A stretch of DNA of 64,000 nt, from contig NC_043004.1 in assembly GCF_006345805.1 (NCBI RefSeq), forward strand, positions 103,478,001 through 103,542,000. The letters are read 5' to 3'. Position 1 is the first letter of the stretch. The number at the start of each line of letters is the position of its first letter. The DNA comes from Octopus sinensis (Eukaryota). This document shows positions 26,784 through 38,000 of the stretch, piece after piece. Both the position numbers and the translations under genes were made by a program. The notes beneath the pieces are model-generated. The model saw only the letters and a program-made list of their open reading frames with translations, searched no databases and was not told the DNA's origin.

Positions 26784-28229
26784 TATTATATCTCAAACGT
26801 CGCCTCACACTTGCTACCCGAATCGTGGAAATAAATCGCAGAGCTGTTGTTTGTAAAACAGATGTAAAATACGGATATATGGTACCTATTTTCATGAACT
26901 TTCTTCACATGAACTTCTTTGGCCATGGAAAGCGCTCGTGTATTCTTTTCTCAATGCTTTTGGCAGTCCCTCCAATGCAGAAGAACCTGTTACACAGAAA
27001 CTGGGACCTTTAATGGAGAGACAAAGCACTCTTCTGCCCAACAGCTTGCTTCCAGTCGAGAACATCAGATTCATTTCAACTTTTTGGGGACCTTTCCATT
27101 AACGTGTACTTGCAGCCAGCCATGTGCCTATACATTAAGTATGATACATAAATGTCTCTTTTAATTTAATACTGCCCCAATTGTGTATACCGGAATCTTA
27201 TTCAGCCGGGCGGCTATTCGCAACATCAGTGAACGTTTTTTTCCCTGTTTCTTATATCGACGAATTTTCGTCTAGGCATATGGCTAGTTGCAAATACACA
27301 TCATTGAAAAGAGCCAGAAAAGCTGAAATGTATTTGGCGTTCATGCTGACACTTGGTGGGGCGACTGTTTGTCTCTCTCAGATATTCCGTGTTTTTCACA
27401 CAGCACGTCCATGAAAGATATTATCTCAGGGTGAATACCACAGTAAGTAGCCTATAAATGGTGTATATATATATATATATTAAGTATGATTCATAGGTGA
27501 CTACATTGATGTGTGTGTGTGTGTGTGTGTGTGTGCGCGTTATTGACGTCATAAGAATTAAAATTGTTATGACGTCAACAACACAATTTCTCGCTGGAAA
27601 GAATGAAGTTTCTAAAATGAATAGCGAAATTCGAGGGATTGTTTCGGTCCAACGGTAGATCGCCCGTCATGTTTACTGAAGATGTGAGTTGGAGTCTCAC
27701 GGCCAGCCTTCGACCATTGGGTTTTTATCCCAATTTTTAGTCGCAATTATTTATAACTTTATCTGCTATGAGATGCATAGTTAGCTCTCTGTAGATCACT
27801 ATTGGGAGAAAAACCCAATATCTTCTGTTAGTTCAAATGTTTGGAAAACAAAGATTAGGAGTGTGTCTTGTCTTTATAAGTGAGTCTGTATCCATGTCAG
27901 AGTTTTTCTTTACACTGGCTTCAAACGTAATGTTATTCATTTCATGTTCTTTTATGCCTTGCAGTTATAGCGGTTCAACAAACTGAGAAGGTTAAAATAA
28001 GCATCGGACTTAATAAGTAATGGGGCCCGATATGATCGACTGCAAGCTTTTAAATGTAGGGCCCCAGCATGGCCGCACTTGAATGGCTAAAACCAGTAAA
28101 CGAATATAAAAAAAAAGGAAATGCGAAATATTTTAAAGTGTTATTGATGTGTGTAAATGTCGGTCAGTGATGTAATAGATGCGTGTGTATGTGTGTGAGT
28201 GTATATAGGAACGTTACATATACATCTAA

Positions 28230-28238
28230 ATATATCCG

Positions 28239-28279
<41 letters not shown>

Positions 28280-28451
28280 TATATATATGCACACATACAC
28301 TCATATCAGTGACGTTATCAGACAAAATATAAACACATCAATTAGACCACTGGACAACGTTTTACATACATCAAAACATTATCAGACTTAGACGTGTGTG
28401 TGTGTGTGTATCCGTGCGGTGTGTGCGCGCGTATGTGTATGTATAATAATA

Positions 28452-28508
<57 letters not shown>

Positions 28509-28661
28509 TAATACATATATATATATACATACATACATATATAATATATATATGTATGTATGTATGTATGTAATATGTATGTATATGTACATATGTATGT
28601 GTATGTACATATATATATGTATACACACACACACACGCACACACACACACCACACACACAC

Positions 28662-28733
<72 letters not shown>

Positions 28734-28812
28734 CATACATACATATATGTATTTATATATATGTGTGTATATGTACATATATATGTAGTGTATGTACATA
28801 CATATATATATG

Positions 28813-28857
<45 letters not shown>

Positions 28858-28863
28858 AGTATA

Positions 28864-28928
<65 letters not shown>

Positions 28929-29020
28929 TGTATATGTACATATTATATATATATATAAGTGCATGCACATATACATATGCACATTCACTGGCACACATAT
29001 TTATGTAAATATATGTAATC
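28230..29020. repeat. Complex (TA)n/(CA)n/(TATG)n low-complexity block
   Basis: Seen directly. Confidence 0.95.
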
Positions 29021-29704
29021 TAAAGTTGTTATTGATGTATGTATATGTTGTTCAATGATGTTATTGATACGTGTATATAAGTTATGTATGTATTTACGTT
29101 AAGGGTACATGCTATACATGTAACATGTACGTACGTCTGTATGCGTATGTATATATAAATGTATTTATATGTCTGTGTGTGTGTGTTGCCTAATGATGTA
29201 ATCGACATATATATATATATAAATCCAGATGTCTATATCTATATATATATATACATACACATGGTAACATGTATATATATATGTCTGTTAGCATGTGTGT
29301 TTTGTCTAATGATGTAATTTACACATACACAGACACACACCGTCTGAGCATGTTCATACTGCATGTGATGAGAGTGGCCAGTAGCGGATTCGTTAATGCT
29401 AACAACCACTGCAGTGTATTTTGGAGTTTGCAGGTGATATACTGCCAATTCTTTGTTTTTCCTTGCTCACTTATAATTTTTGTTTTATTTGTTTTACTTG
29501 TCGGGTTTTTCATCTCTTAATATATTTCTTTTGGAATGTTGGATGCATTTAAAGTTGTCTCTAGTTTCCATTAGTTTTAGCTATTTTGATTGTATATTTG
29601 GGAATTATATTATGTTCTAGTGTTGCATCTTTCCAAGCGTGTCTTGGAGAACTTTTCTCTCTTTTATCTTCCTCTGGAATTATTTTATCATTTTATTCTT
29701 TTCT

Positions 29705-30283
29705 GCTCTAGGCACAAGGCCCGAAACTTTGGGGATGGGGGTGGCAGTCGATCACATCGACCCCAGTACACAACTGGTACTTAATTTATCGACCCTGAAA
29801 GGATGAAAAGCAAAGTCGACCTCGGCCGAATTTGAACTCAGAACGTAACGGCAGACGAAATACCTATTTCTTTACTACCCACAAGGGGCTAAACACAGAG
29901 GAGACAAACAAGGACAGACAAACGGATTAAGTCGATTATATCGACTCCCGTGCATAACTGGTACTTAATTTATCGAGCCCCGAAAGGATGAAAGGCAAAG
30001 TCGACCTCGGCCGAATTTGAACTCAGAACGTAACGGCAGACGAAATACCTATTTCTTTATTACCCACAAGGGGCTAAACACAGAGGAGATAAACAAGGAC
30101 AGACAAACGGATTAAGTCGATTATATCGACCCCCGTGCATAACTGGTACTTAATTTATCGACCCTGAAAGGATGAAAGGCAAAGTCGACCTCGGCCGAAT
30201 TTGAACTCAGAACTTAAAGACAGACGAAATACTGCCAAGTATTTCGCCCGGCGGGGTAACGTTTCTTGCCAGGTCGCCGCCTT
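29705..30283 (-). mobile_element. Head-to-tail SINE C trimer, period ~185 bp
   Basis: Identical junctions gacgaaatac|ctatttcttt at 29863/4 and 30048/9. Confidence 0.88.
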
Positions 30284-30386
30284 TCTGGAATTAATTCATT
30301 TTGAAATCATCGTGTGCCGTGTTATTGAAGTTGAAGATTTTGAAGATACCTCGTTGAAGGTTTTAGAAAATTGGAGCTATTCAACA

Positions 30387-30490
<104 letters not shown>

Positions 30491-30559
30491 TATTAATAAA
30501 TAAACATATGCAATATATATAAACATATATGTACTACCTACCTCTACATGTATATATAC

Positions 30560-30850
30560 ACGCATATATGAGTACAGGACACCAAAAAAACGTCGAACAC
30601 AACGAGAAACGAAAACATAGACACAACCCACGGAACTGGACATTTTTTTAAACAAAAAAAAATAGAGTACAGGACAATTAACACAAGGAAAAAACCCCTT
30701 CTTCAGTCGCCATGGTTTCATCTACTCTACGTTTCGAAGATGAAGGCGAGACGTATCTTCGAATAAGAAACTTTCCTTCCTGCGAAAAGCAAATCAATTA
30801 AAATTTGAGATCTTTTTGCAGAGGGGTAAAAATGGTAACAAAAACAGGAC
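30560..30850 (-). mobile_element. Short Penelope-like non-coding element, same family as ~61850-62030 (+)
   Basis: The two copies align (ctgaagaagggg..ccttgtgtt..tgtcctgtac..); TA-rich flanks; PLE assignment is inferred. Confidence 0.55.
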
Positions 30851-30869
30851 AGTAACGACATATGTAATG

Positions 30870-30943
<74 letters not shown>

Positions 30944-31164
30944 ATATATATATATATGACCTCATGTGACCTGCTGAATAACAAGCCATTTCGTTGGTGA
31001 CCGCAGCCCGTTCAACATCGTTCCCCTCTGCCGAAAAGGCAATTTTTCCAACACGCCTGCTAGATAAGTTAAATTTGTCTCAATTTGTCTGAAGTCGTAA
31101 GACACCTGCTGTTATCCTGTTATTAACATTCTTGTTTTTATTTTTATTTTCGTTTTTTGTATAT

Positions 31165-31385
31165 GTGGAGGCGCAATGGCCCAGTGGTTAGGGCAGCGGA
31201 CTTGCGGTCGGAGGATCGCGGTTTCGATTCCCAGACCGGGCGTTGTGTGTGTTTATTGAGCGAAAAACACCTAAAAGCTCCACGAGGCTCCGGCAGGAGA
31301 TGGTGGTGATCCCTGCTGTACTCTTTCACCACTCTAAAGGCGGTGCTCCAGCATGGCCGCAGTCAAATGACTGAAACAAGTACAA
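31165..31385 (+). mobile_element. 5' half of SINE A joined to a SINE B tail
   Basis: Family A sequence to ...ctctttcaccactct, then aaaggcggtgctccagcatggccgcagtcaaatgactgaaacaag. Confidence 0.75.
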
Positions 31386-31646
31386 AAAAATATATATATA
31401 ATCGTGCGGCTTTGTCCGTTTTTCTGTCCTTATTGCGTTTACATTCGATCCATTTTCCAAGAAATCTAATGCTCACAGCTTAGTTTTTCATTGGGGCTGG
31501 CCGTGTCGGAGCAAATATCAGAATTAATCAGCCGAAATTTGCTATGATGATCCGGTTTCTGACTGAAGATTAAAGGCTTCGAATGACCCGTCCGTTTTTT
31601 GTGTTCGTCCCTTTGTGTATTTCACGTTCTTGTTTCTTTATATACA

Positions 31647-31684
<38 letters not shown>

Positions 31685-31699
31685 TATATATATATAAGT

Positions 31700-31890
31700 T
31701 AAAGTTAATCCAAACAAGAAAACACAAAAAAACACAACAACGCGAGGACGTGGAACAAATATAGTATTATTGGACGCTCAGGAAAGAAGGAAAGAAGGAG
31801 GGTTTAACGTTTCGAGCGGAGCTCTTCGTCGGAAACATAGGAGAAGGAAAGATCCAGAGAAGGGAAAACAGAGGAAAAAAAATCGCCAAC
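31700..31890 (-). mobile_element. Short Penelope-like element with hammerhead fold at 31802-31836
   Basis: Minus strand GUUU-CCGACGA-A-GAG(cuccg)CUC-GAAA-CG-UU|AAAC; same family as 47130-47320. Confidence 0.65.
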
Positions 31891-32239
31891 GGTACACACG
31901 TTGTCTAGGGAGAGTCATTCTCTTTTAGTGCCTTGTTACTTAACACATTCACCGGTTCGATTTCCCCTTATTTACTTATTTATTTTATTCTAAAATTTTC
32001 TTTGCGTCATGCAACCCCTTCAATAGTCGTTTCAAAGACCATTGAAGTAGCTGCAAGACAGCACAGTTGTTATTCTAAGCCTTGTAAAATAAGTAAATGA
32101 GTGGAAATCGAACAGGTGTTTGTGTTAAGTAATAAGGCACTAAAAGAGAATGTCTCTCCCCAGACACAATAAAATATGCTTCAACACACGAATTCACATA
32201 AAGAATCTTGCAAACCAAATACAAAAACGATATATATAT

Positions 32240-32395
32240 CTTCTTCTTCTTCTTCTTCTTCTTCTTCTTCTTCTTCTTCTTCTTCTTCTTCTTCTTCTTC
32301 TTCTTCTTCTTCGTCGTCGTCGTCGTCGTCGTCGCCACCTCCTTTCTCAGCTACTACTGCTGCTTAAATAATCAAAACCAAGAACTCATATTACA

Positions 32396-32445
<50 letters not shown>
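32240..32445. repeat. (TTC)n(GTC)n compound repeat and nearby (CTA)n
   Basis: Seen directly. Confidence 0.95.
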
Positions 32446-32699
32446 CTGCTACCGAGATCTCATATGAGTAAAAGAGAGCGACAGAGACAGACAGAAAAAA
32501 AAGGAAAATGTCCCTTGCATTTGAAAACTATGGAAATATTTAAAAAAAAACTTTTCATTTAATTTTTCCACAATTTAATTGTTTTTCATGCTTTACTCTA
32601 GGATGAAAAAGTCGCAAAGACTGAAAACGGTACTAAAATGTTCTTCATGATAAAATTATTTTAGCATTTTCTACTTTGTCTTCTATATATATATGTGTG

Positions 32700-33140
32700 T
32701 GTGTATGTGTGTGTGTATGTGTGTGTGTAAAATACAAAATGGGACAAGAACGCAAAACATCCGGACAGCTAGGTGATACAAAAAGAGACAACAAAACATC
32801 CAGATAGACGATACAAAGAAAACAAGGACGGGTCATTTGAAGTTTTCTATCTTCAGTCAAGAACCAGATTATCCTCGCAATTTCGGCTGATTATTCTTAA
32901 GATTGCTCCAATCTGGCCAGCCCCAAGGAAAAACTAAGCTAAGAGCATTAGATTCCTTGGAAGAAAGCAGCGAATGTATATGAAAACAAGGACGGAAAAA
33001 ACGGACAATGTTACACAAATATAAATACAATAAAAATAATAAGACATAACAACAGGTGTCTTTCGACTAAGGACGAATTGAATTAAGCTGGTGCGTGTGG
33101 AAATGAAGCCTTACGGCAGAGATACAAGAATTTCACAAAC
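32700..33140 (-). mobile_element. Short Penelope-like element, inverted relative to a related copy at ~31430-31640
   Basis: Shared ggagcaa..aatcagccgaaatt..gactgaagat..aatgacccgtcc; TA-tract flanks. Confidence 0.5.
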
Positions 33141-33145
33141 ACAGG

Positions 33146-33206
<61 letters not shown>

Positions 33207-33849
33207 GGGTTGAATGTGAATTCGCCCTTTAAATGGAGTAGTTTCCGAAAGATTTCTAACATTGTTTCTTCATATTTTACTTTAATTTTCTGGTTAACAT
33301 AGATATAAAAATTTATGTTAGTATATTAAGTATATAATTTAACTTATAAAACAAAGTTCAACAAATCCAATCATATCTTTCGTAAATGGAGGAGATTAGA
33401 TGTTAATATGGATTGAAATTATTTTTATTCCTGTGGCTATACGATCGTTTCATACAGAAAGACAATAAATTCACTTTAAAAATCTGGGTTGTCAGAAAGC
33501 ATTCGTCTGTAGCAAAAATTAAGGAAAGGATAAAACAAGTTAAAAAGATGTTAGAATTACATAGGTATGGTGTTCGTAAAGTTGGCAACCTTATCAATCC
33601 GATTTTCTCTTTGAAATGCTTGCAGAAGACAGAAGGATGCTGTTTCGTAATTCTCTGACGCTGAGTCATAGGACAAAACTCTTTGTTCCCATTCAAAATT
33701 GGTTGAATCCATCATAGATTTAATCACAACTTCCATATGCTACCATGCCTGCAATAATAATTCAAACCGTGTTAAAATCATGGTTCTTTCGTTCGCTTAC
33801 TGCTTTCAGTTATTTGACTATGGCCGCGTAAAGGCATCACCTTCTAGAA

Positions 33850-34416
33850 TAGTGGTTCACAAACTTTTCAAGAGATTTCACGTGCCGGTCCCCTAACAGT
33901 TTTTTCCGAGGATTCGTGGTCCCCTATAAAATGCTGGATAATCAACATGGAAAAACAAATGACATACATTCGTGTACCGTAATTTCTGGACTATAAACCG
34001 CACTGCTCACAGACCCGCAAACCACAACTTAATCCAGACAAAGCCCCATTGGGATACAATAAATATACATGAAAATATGAAGAATGAGTTGATAAATTGG
34101 TTACAAAACAAATGAGAAACGAAAAATACCGACAGCACATGCACGATCAATCATTATACTCGCATATTTTCTATTGGCCAGTCACACTTGTACAACAAGC
34201 GTGGTTAGCAAATGAGTATGTAGGAGTGGCGTGATTTTTGAGACCAATGACAAAAGAAAGATGATAGCGTGCGAAAAATTGAAAATCTTAACATTTTTTT
34301 AAAGATTTTTTTGAAAATCTTAAAATTAATTGTCTCAAGCCACCTTGTTTTCAAGATACTTCAGCGTCCCTTCGCAGCCTCCTAGGGGACTTCGGGCCCC
34401 AGTTTGAGAATCACTG
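33850..34416. mobile_element. hAT Charlie-type MITE
   Basis: Ends (t)agtggttcacaaact / agtttgagaatcactg; TSD ttctagaa / ttttagaa (7 of 8, NTCTAGAN-like). Confidence 0.8.
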
Positions 34417-34924
34417 TTTTAGAAACATGTTTCTCATATAAGAGATAGAGGATAGTCTAGCCCGTAGCGTAGCTGATCCGAGCCGATTTAGACGGTGCGC
34501 CTCAGTGGAGCTTTTATGGGAGCGGCATTTTGGGGTCTGCTGTATAAGCCCGTATAGGAGTCGAGAGGAGCTGTTAGGGCACTGATTCAAGGGATACCCC
34601 GGGCAGCACACACTGGTGCAGCTTCTCCTTGGAGGGTGACTGTAAAGGTTGAAGAGGGTAAGACGAATTATGTATAACAAAATTAAAGAAGTTTCCAACT
34701 TTTCAATTTATCCAATACCACGGCGAAGAATTATATGGACGAAAAATCCTTTTCATGATCTCATTAATAAAATGTTACAGGGGTTCCCCCAAATTATTTT
34801 AGTTTGAAGACTACAGTTCTAGGATATTATAGGTCACACCAGTACCTATTTTATCGACTTTGGTACGAGGAAAGTAAACCTGAGATAGGCAGGATCAATC
34901 CGTCTATCTTTCTTTGTATATATA

Positions 34925-34980
<56 letters not shown>

Positions 34981-35390
34981 TACTCTTTACTCTTTTACTT
35001 GTTTCGGTCATTTGACTGCGGCCATGCTGGAGCACCGCCTTTAATCGAGCAACTCGACCCCGGGACTTATTCTTCTGTAAGCCCAGTATTTATTCTATCG
35101 GTCTCTTTTGCCGAAACGCTAAGTAACGGGGACATAAACACACCAGCATCGGTTGTCAAGCAATGCTAGGAGGACAAACACAGACACACAAACGCACACA
35201 CGCATATATATATATATACATATATACGACGGGCTTCTTTTCAGTTTCCGTCTACCAAATCCACTCACAAGGCTTTGGTCGGCCCAAGGCAATAGTAGAA
35301 GATACTTGCCCAAGGTGCCACGCAGTGGGACTGAACCCGGAACCATGTGGTTGGTAAACAAGCTACTTACCACACAGCCACTCCTGCGCC
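34981..35390 (-). mobile_element. SINE family B, young copy
   Basis: Complete, CpG-rich. Confidence 0.9.
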
Positions 35391-35392
35391 TG

Positions 35393-35446
<54 letters not shown>

Positions 35447-35469
35447 TATGACAGATATCGCCATGATAG

Positions 35470-35645
35470 AGCGCTAGCCACTAAATCTTTTTCTATTTTC
35501 TCACTCTGTTTATTTCTGTTTTCTTTTCTGTCGAAGACCGTAGGCTCGAAACGTAAAAGACTTTCTCACTTCCCGAGCGTTAAACTAATACATCTGTTTG
35601 TTGTTTTCACACCCGTCTTTTGTGTTTTTTTGTAAATTCTCACTA
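35470..35645 (+). mobile_element. Short Penelope-like element with degenerate hammerhead fold (35523-35559)
   Basis: CUUUU-CUGUCGA-A-GAC(cguagg)CUC-GAAA-CG-UA|AAAG; ends in (TA)n. Confidence 0.5.
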
Positions 35646-35754
35646 TATATATATATATATATATATATCATTATACCTGTGCATTAGCCGGTTGGATGTT
35701 GTTATGTAAGTATGGCTGGTCACAATGCGCTTTTTCGCATTAATGTTGCTTTCG

Positions 35755-35958
35755 AATGACGCGACTCCACTGGCTAAGTGAACAGGCCAACATTCCCCCT
35801 AAAAGTCGCAGGGTTGCCTTTTTACAGCCGGGTGGACTGGAGCAACGTGAAGTGAAAACTTTCATTCAAGAACACAACTCACCGCCGGTCTGGGACTTGA
35901 AACAGCGATCTTGCGGTTGTGAGTGCGATGTCTTAACCGCTAGGCTACGCGCCTTCTA
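35755..35958 (-). mobile_element. Older tRNA-headed SINE with CORE/Meta-like central motif
   Basis: Minus strand head gaaggcgcgtagcctagcggttaagac and ..cacttcacgttgctccagtccacccggctg; related to 49082-49400. Confidence 0.6.
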
Positions 35959-36809
35959 CAGGGATGTAACAAAATAGTATTACAGTACAGCTATCTGTCA
36001 CTTGCGAGCAAGCGAGTATACCTTGGCAAGATGTACCATGCTTTCGCTAATTATTTTAAATGCCTATCTAATCGCATATGTATCAACCACTCAGCTTTTG
36101 ATCCAACGACACTTCAAGAATCTAAGCAAACATCATGAAGTAAAGTTTGTCCAATGCTGTACTGGCTCTGCCATCTGCCGACTATATTTTAACCATTATA
36201 TTTTACCTCTTTCAGTCATTGAACTGTGGCCATGCTGGAGCACCGCATTGGCGGGTTTTAGTCGAACAAATCGATTCAAGAACGATTTTTTTTTTAAGTA
36301 CGGTACTTATTCTTTGGTCTCTTTTGCCGAACCGCTACATCAGGAGGCATAAATAAACCAGCACTGGTTACGTTACCAAGCGGTGGGGCAGGGGTACATA
36401 GACTCCCCCACACACCCGACAGGCCTCTGTACAGTTTCTCTCCAACGTATTCACTCAGAAGGGCATTGGTCGGTCTGGCTGCTATAACAGAAGACGCTTG
36501 GTCATGGTGCCGCGCGGTGGAACTGAACATGAAACCACGTGGTTGGAAAACAAGCTTTTTCACCACACGGTTCAGCCCGCACCAGGTATATTCATCCATT
36601 TCCAGGCAGATTTCTTGCATGACAACCAATTTAGTCATATCCCCTTTTGTAACATAAAAATATTGAGCATAAATAAGAAAAAAAGTACCGATGTAGAAAA
36701 TTAATATTCGATTTTCTTTCTTTCTTTTTTGTTTTACTTGTTATAGTGTTTGAAATTAATGTTTATTTGAATAAATTTCTGAACTGTTAATGTATAATTT
36801 AATGGTTTA

Positions 36810-36980
36810 GGCGCTGGAGTGGCTGTGTGGTAAGTAGCTTGCTAACCAACCACATGGTTCTGGGTTCAATCCCACTGCGTGGCATCTTGGGCAAGTGTCT
36901 TCTGCTATAGCCCCGAGCCGACCAATGCCATGTGAGTGGATTTGGTAGACGGAAACTGAAAGAAGCCTGTCGTATATATG

Positions 36981-37011
<31 letters not shown>

Positions 37012-37225
37012 TTGTGTGTCTGTGTTTGTCCCCCTAGCATTGCTTGACAACCGATGCAGGTGTGTTTACGTCCCCGTCACTTAGCGGTTCGGCAAAAGAG
37101 ACCGATAGAATAAGTACTGGGCTTACAAAGAATAAGTCCCGGGGTCGATTTGCTCGACTAAAGGCGGTGCTCCAGCATGGCCGCAGTCAAATTGACTGAA
37201 ACAAACAAAAGAGTAAAAAGAGAGA
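36810..37225 (+). mobile_element. SINE family B, young complete copy
   Basis: Head ggcgctggagtggctgtgtggtaag through tail aaaagagtaaaaagag. Confidence 0.9.
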
Positions 37226-37689
37226 GTTTGTTGAACTGTTTGTCAATGTTTGTTCTATTTGATCTATTAATATTTGAGGTGAAAGATTGTTCAAACGAAA
37301 GCAGCGCCTCCAAACTTGGCCTCTTGTTACAATTTGGGCATCAACTAAGAAATAACTACATTTAAACAGTTTCTAAATGTCTACATCTGATCCAAACAAT
37401 TTCGTCCTCCACCCAAAATATAAATAAATAAATGTTTAACTAAATAAATAAATGTAAATTACTTGCTTCTGAGCAAAAGCTAATCATTGTTTCTTCCTGA
37501 CTCATAAATAAACTGAAAGCAGGAAGATAAAAAAGCAAAAACAAACAAAAAAATCATCGGAGCAAACCGAGTTTTCATTTATTTTTATTCATCTATTTAT
37601 TTGTGTTTTCTTTGTTATGTTTCCCAATTGTTAGCGTATAACCTTGGATGATGAGAAGGGGAAAAAAAAAAAGAAAGTCGTCACTCTCG

Positions 37690-38000
37690 ATAATATATGC
37701 ACGGCTCACGTCATAACATGCATAAAACGCATTAGCGGCGTTCCATAGATTGAAAGAGAAATTATTACCTCACCGTGCCTTCGTACTTTCCTTACCAGAA
37801 CCAACTCTACGCTACCTCCTTCACTCGCTCTCCCTCCTTCCCTCCCTCTTTCATCCAGCTTTCCCCTCAAGCTGATCACGTGACAAACACATTGAGTTTT
37901 TATTTATTTTTTTGGGCTGCTCCTGCTGCTGCTGCTGCTGTTGTTGTTTGCTTGGCTTTTTTTTGCAGACTTTCTCTTGGGAACTATCCAGCGCTTTCAG
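37690..38000 (+). promoter_or_regulatory. Probable promoter and non-coding first exon of an unidentified + strand gene
   Basis: Repeat-free; pyrimidine-rich tract; palindromic E-box TCACGTGA at 37876-37883; (CTG)n(GTT)n leader; strong donor CAG|GTGAGT at 38000/38001. Confidence 0.55.

Noticed and set aside
27672-27712. CUGAAGA followed by a perfect GUGAG/CUCAC hairpin
   Set aside because: No GAAA or cleavage triplet follows.
30690-30760. CUGAAGA and GAAAC motifs in the 30.6/61.9-kb family as a hammerhead
   Set aside because: Motif order and missing stem I/II pairing do not give a valid fold in either copy.
32845-32915. Hammerhead-like words (gactgaagat, cagccgaaattgc), also at 31520-31590
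   Set aside because: Core halves are not joined by a stem II; at most a relic.
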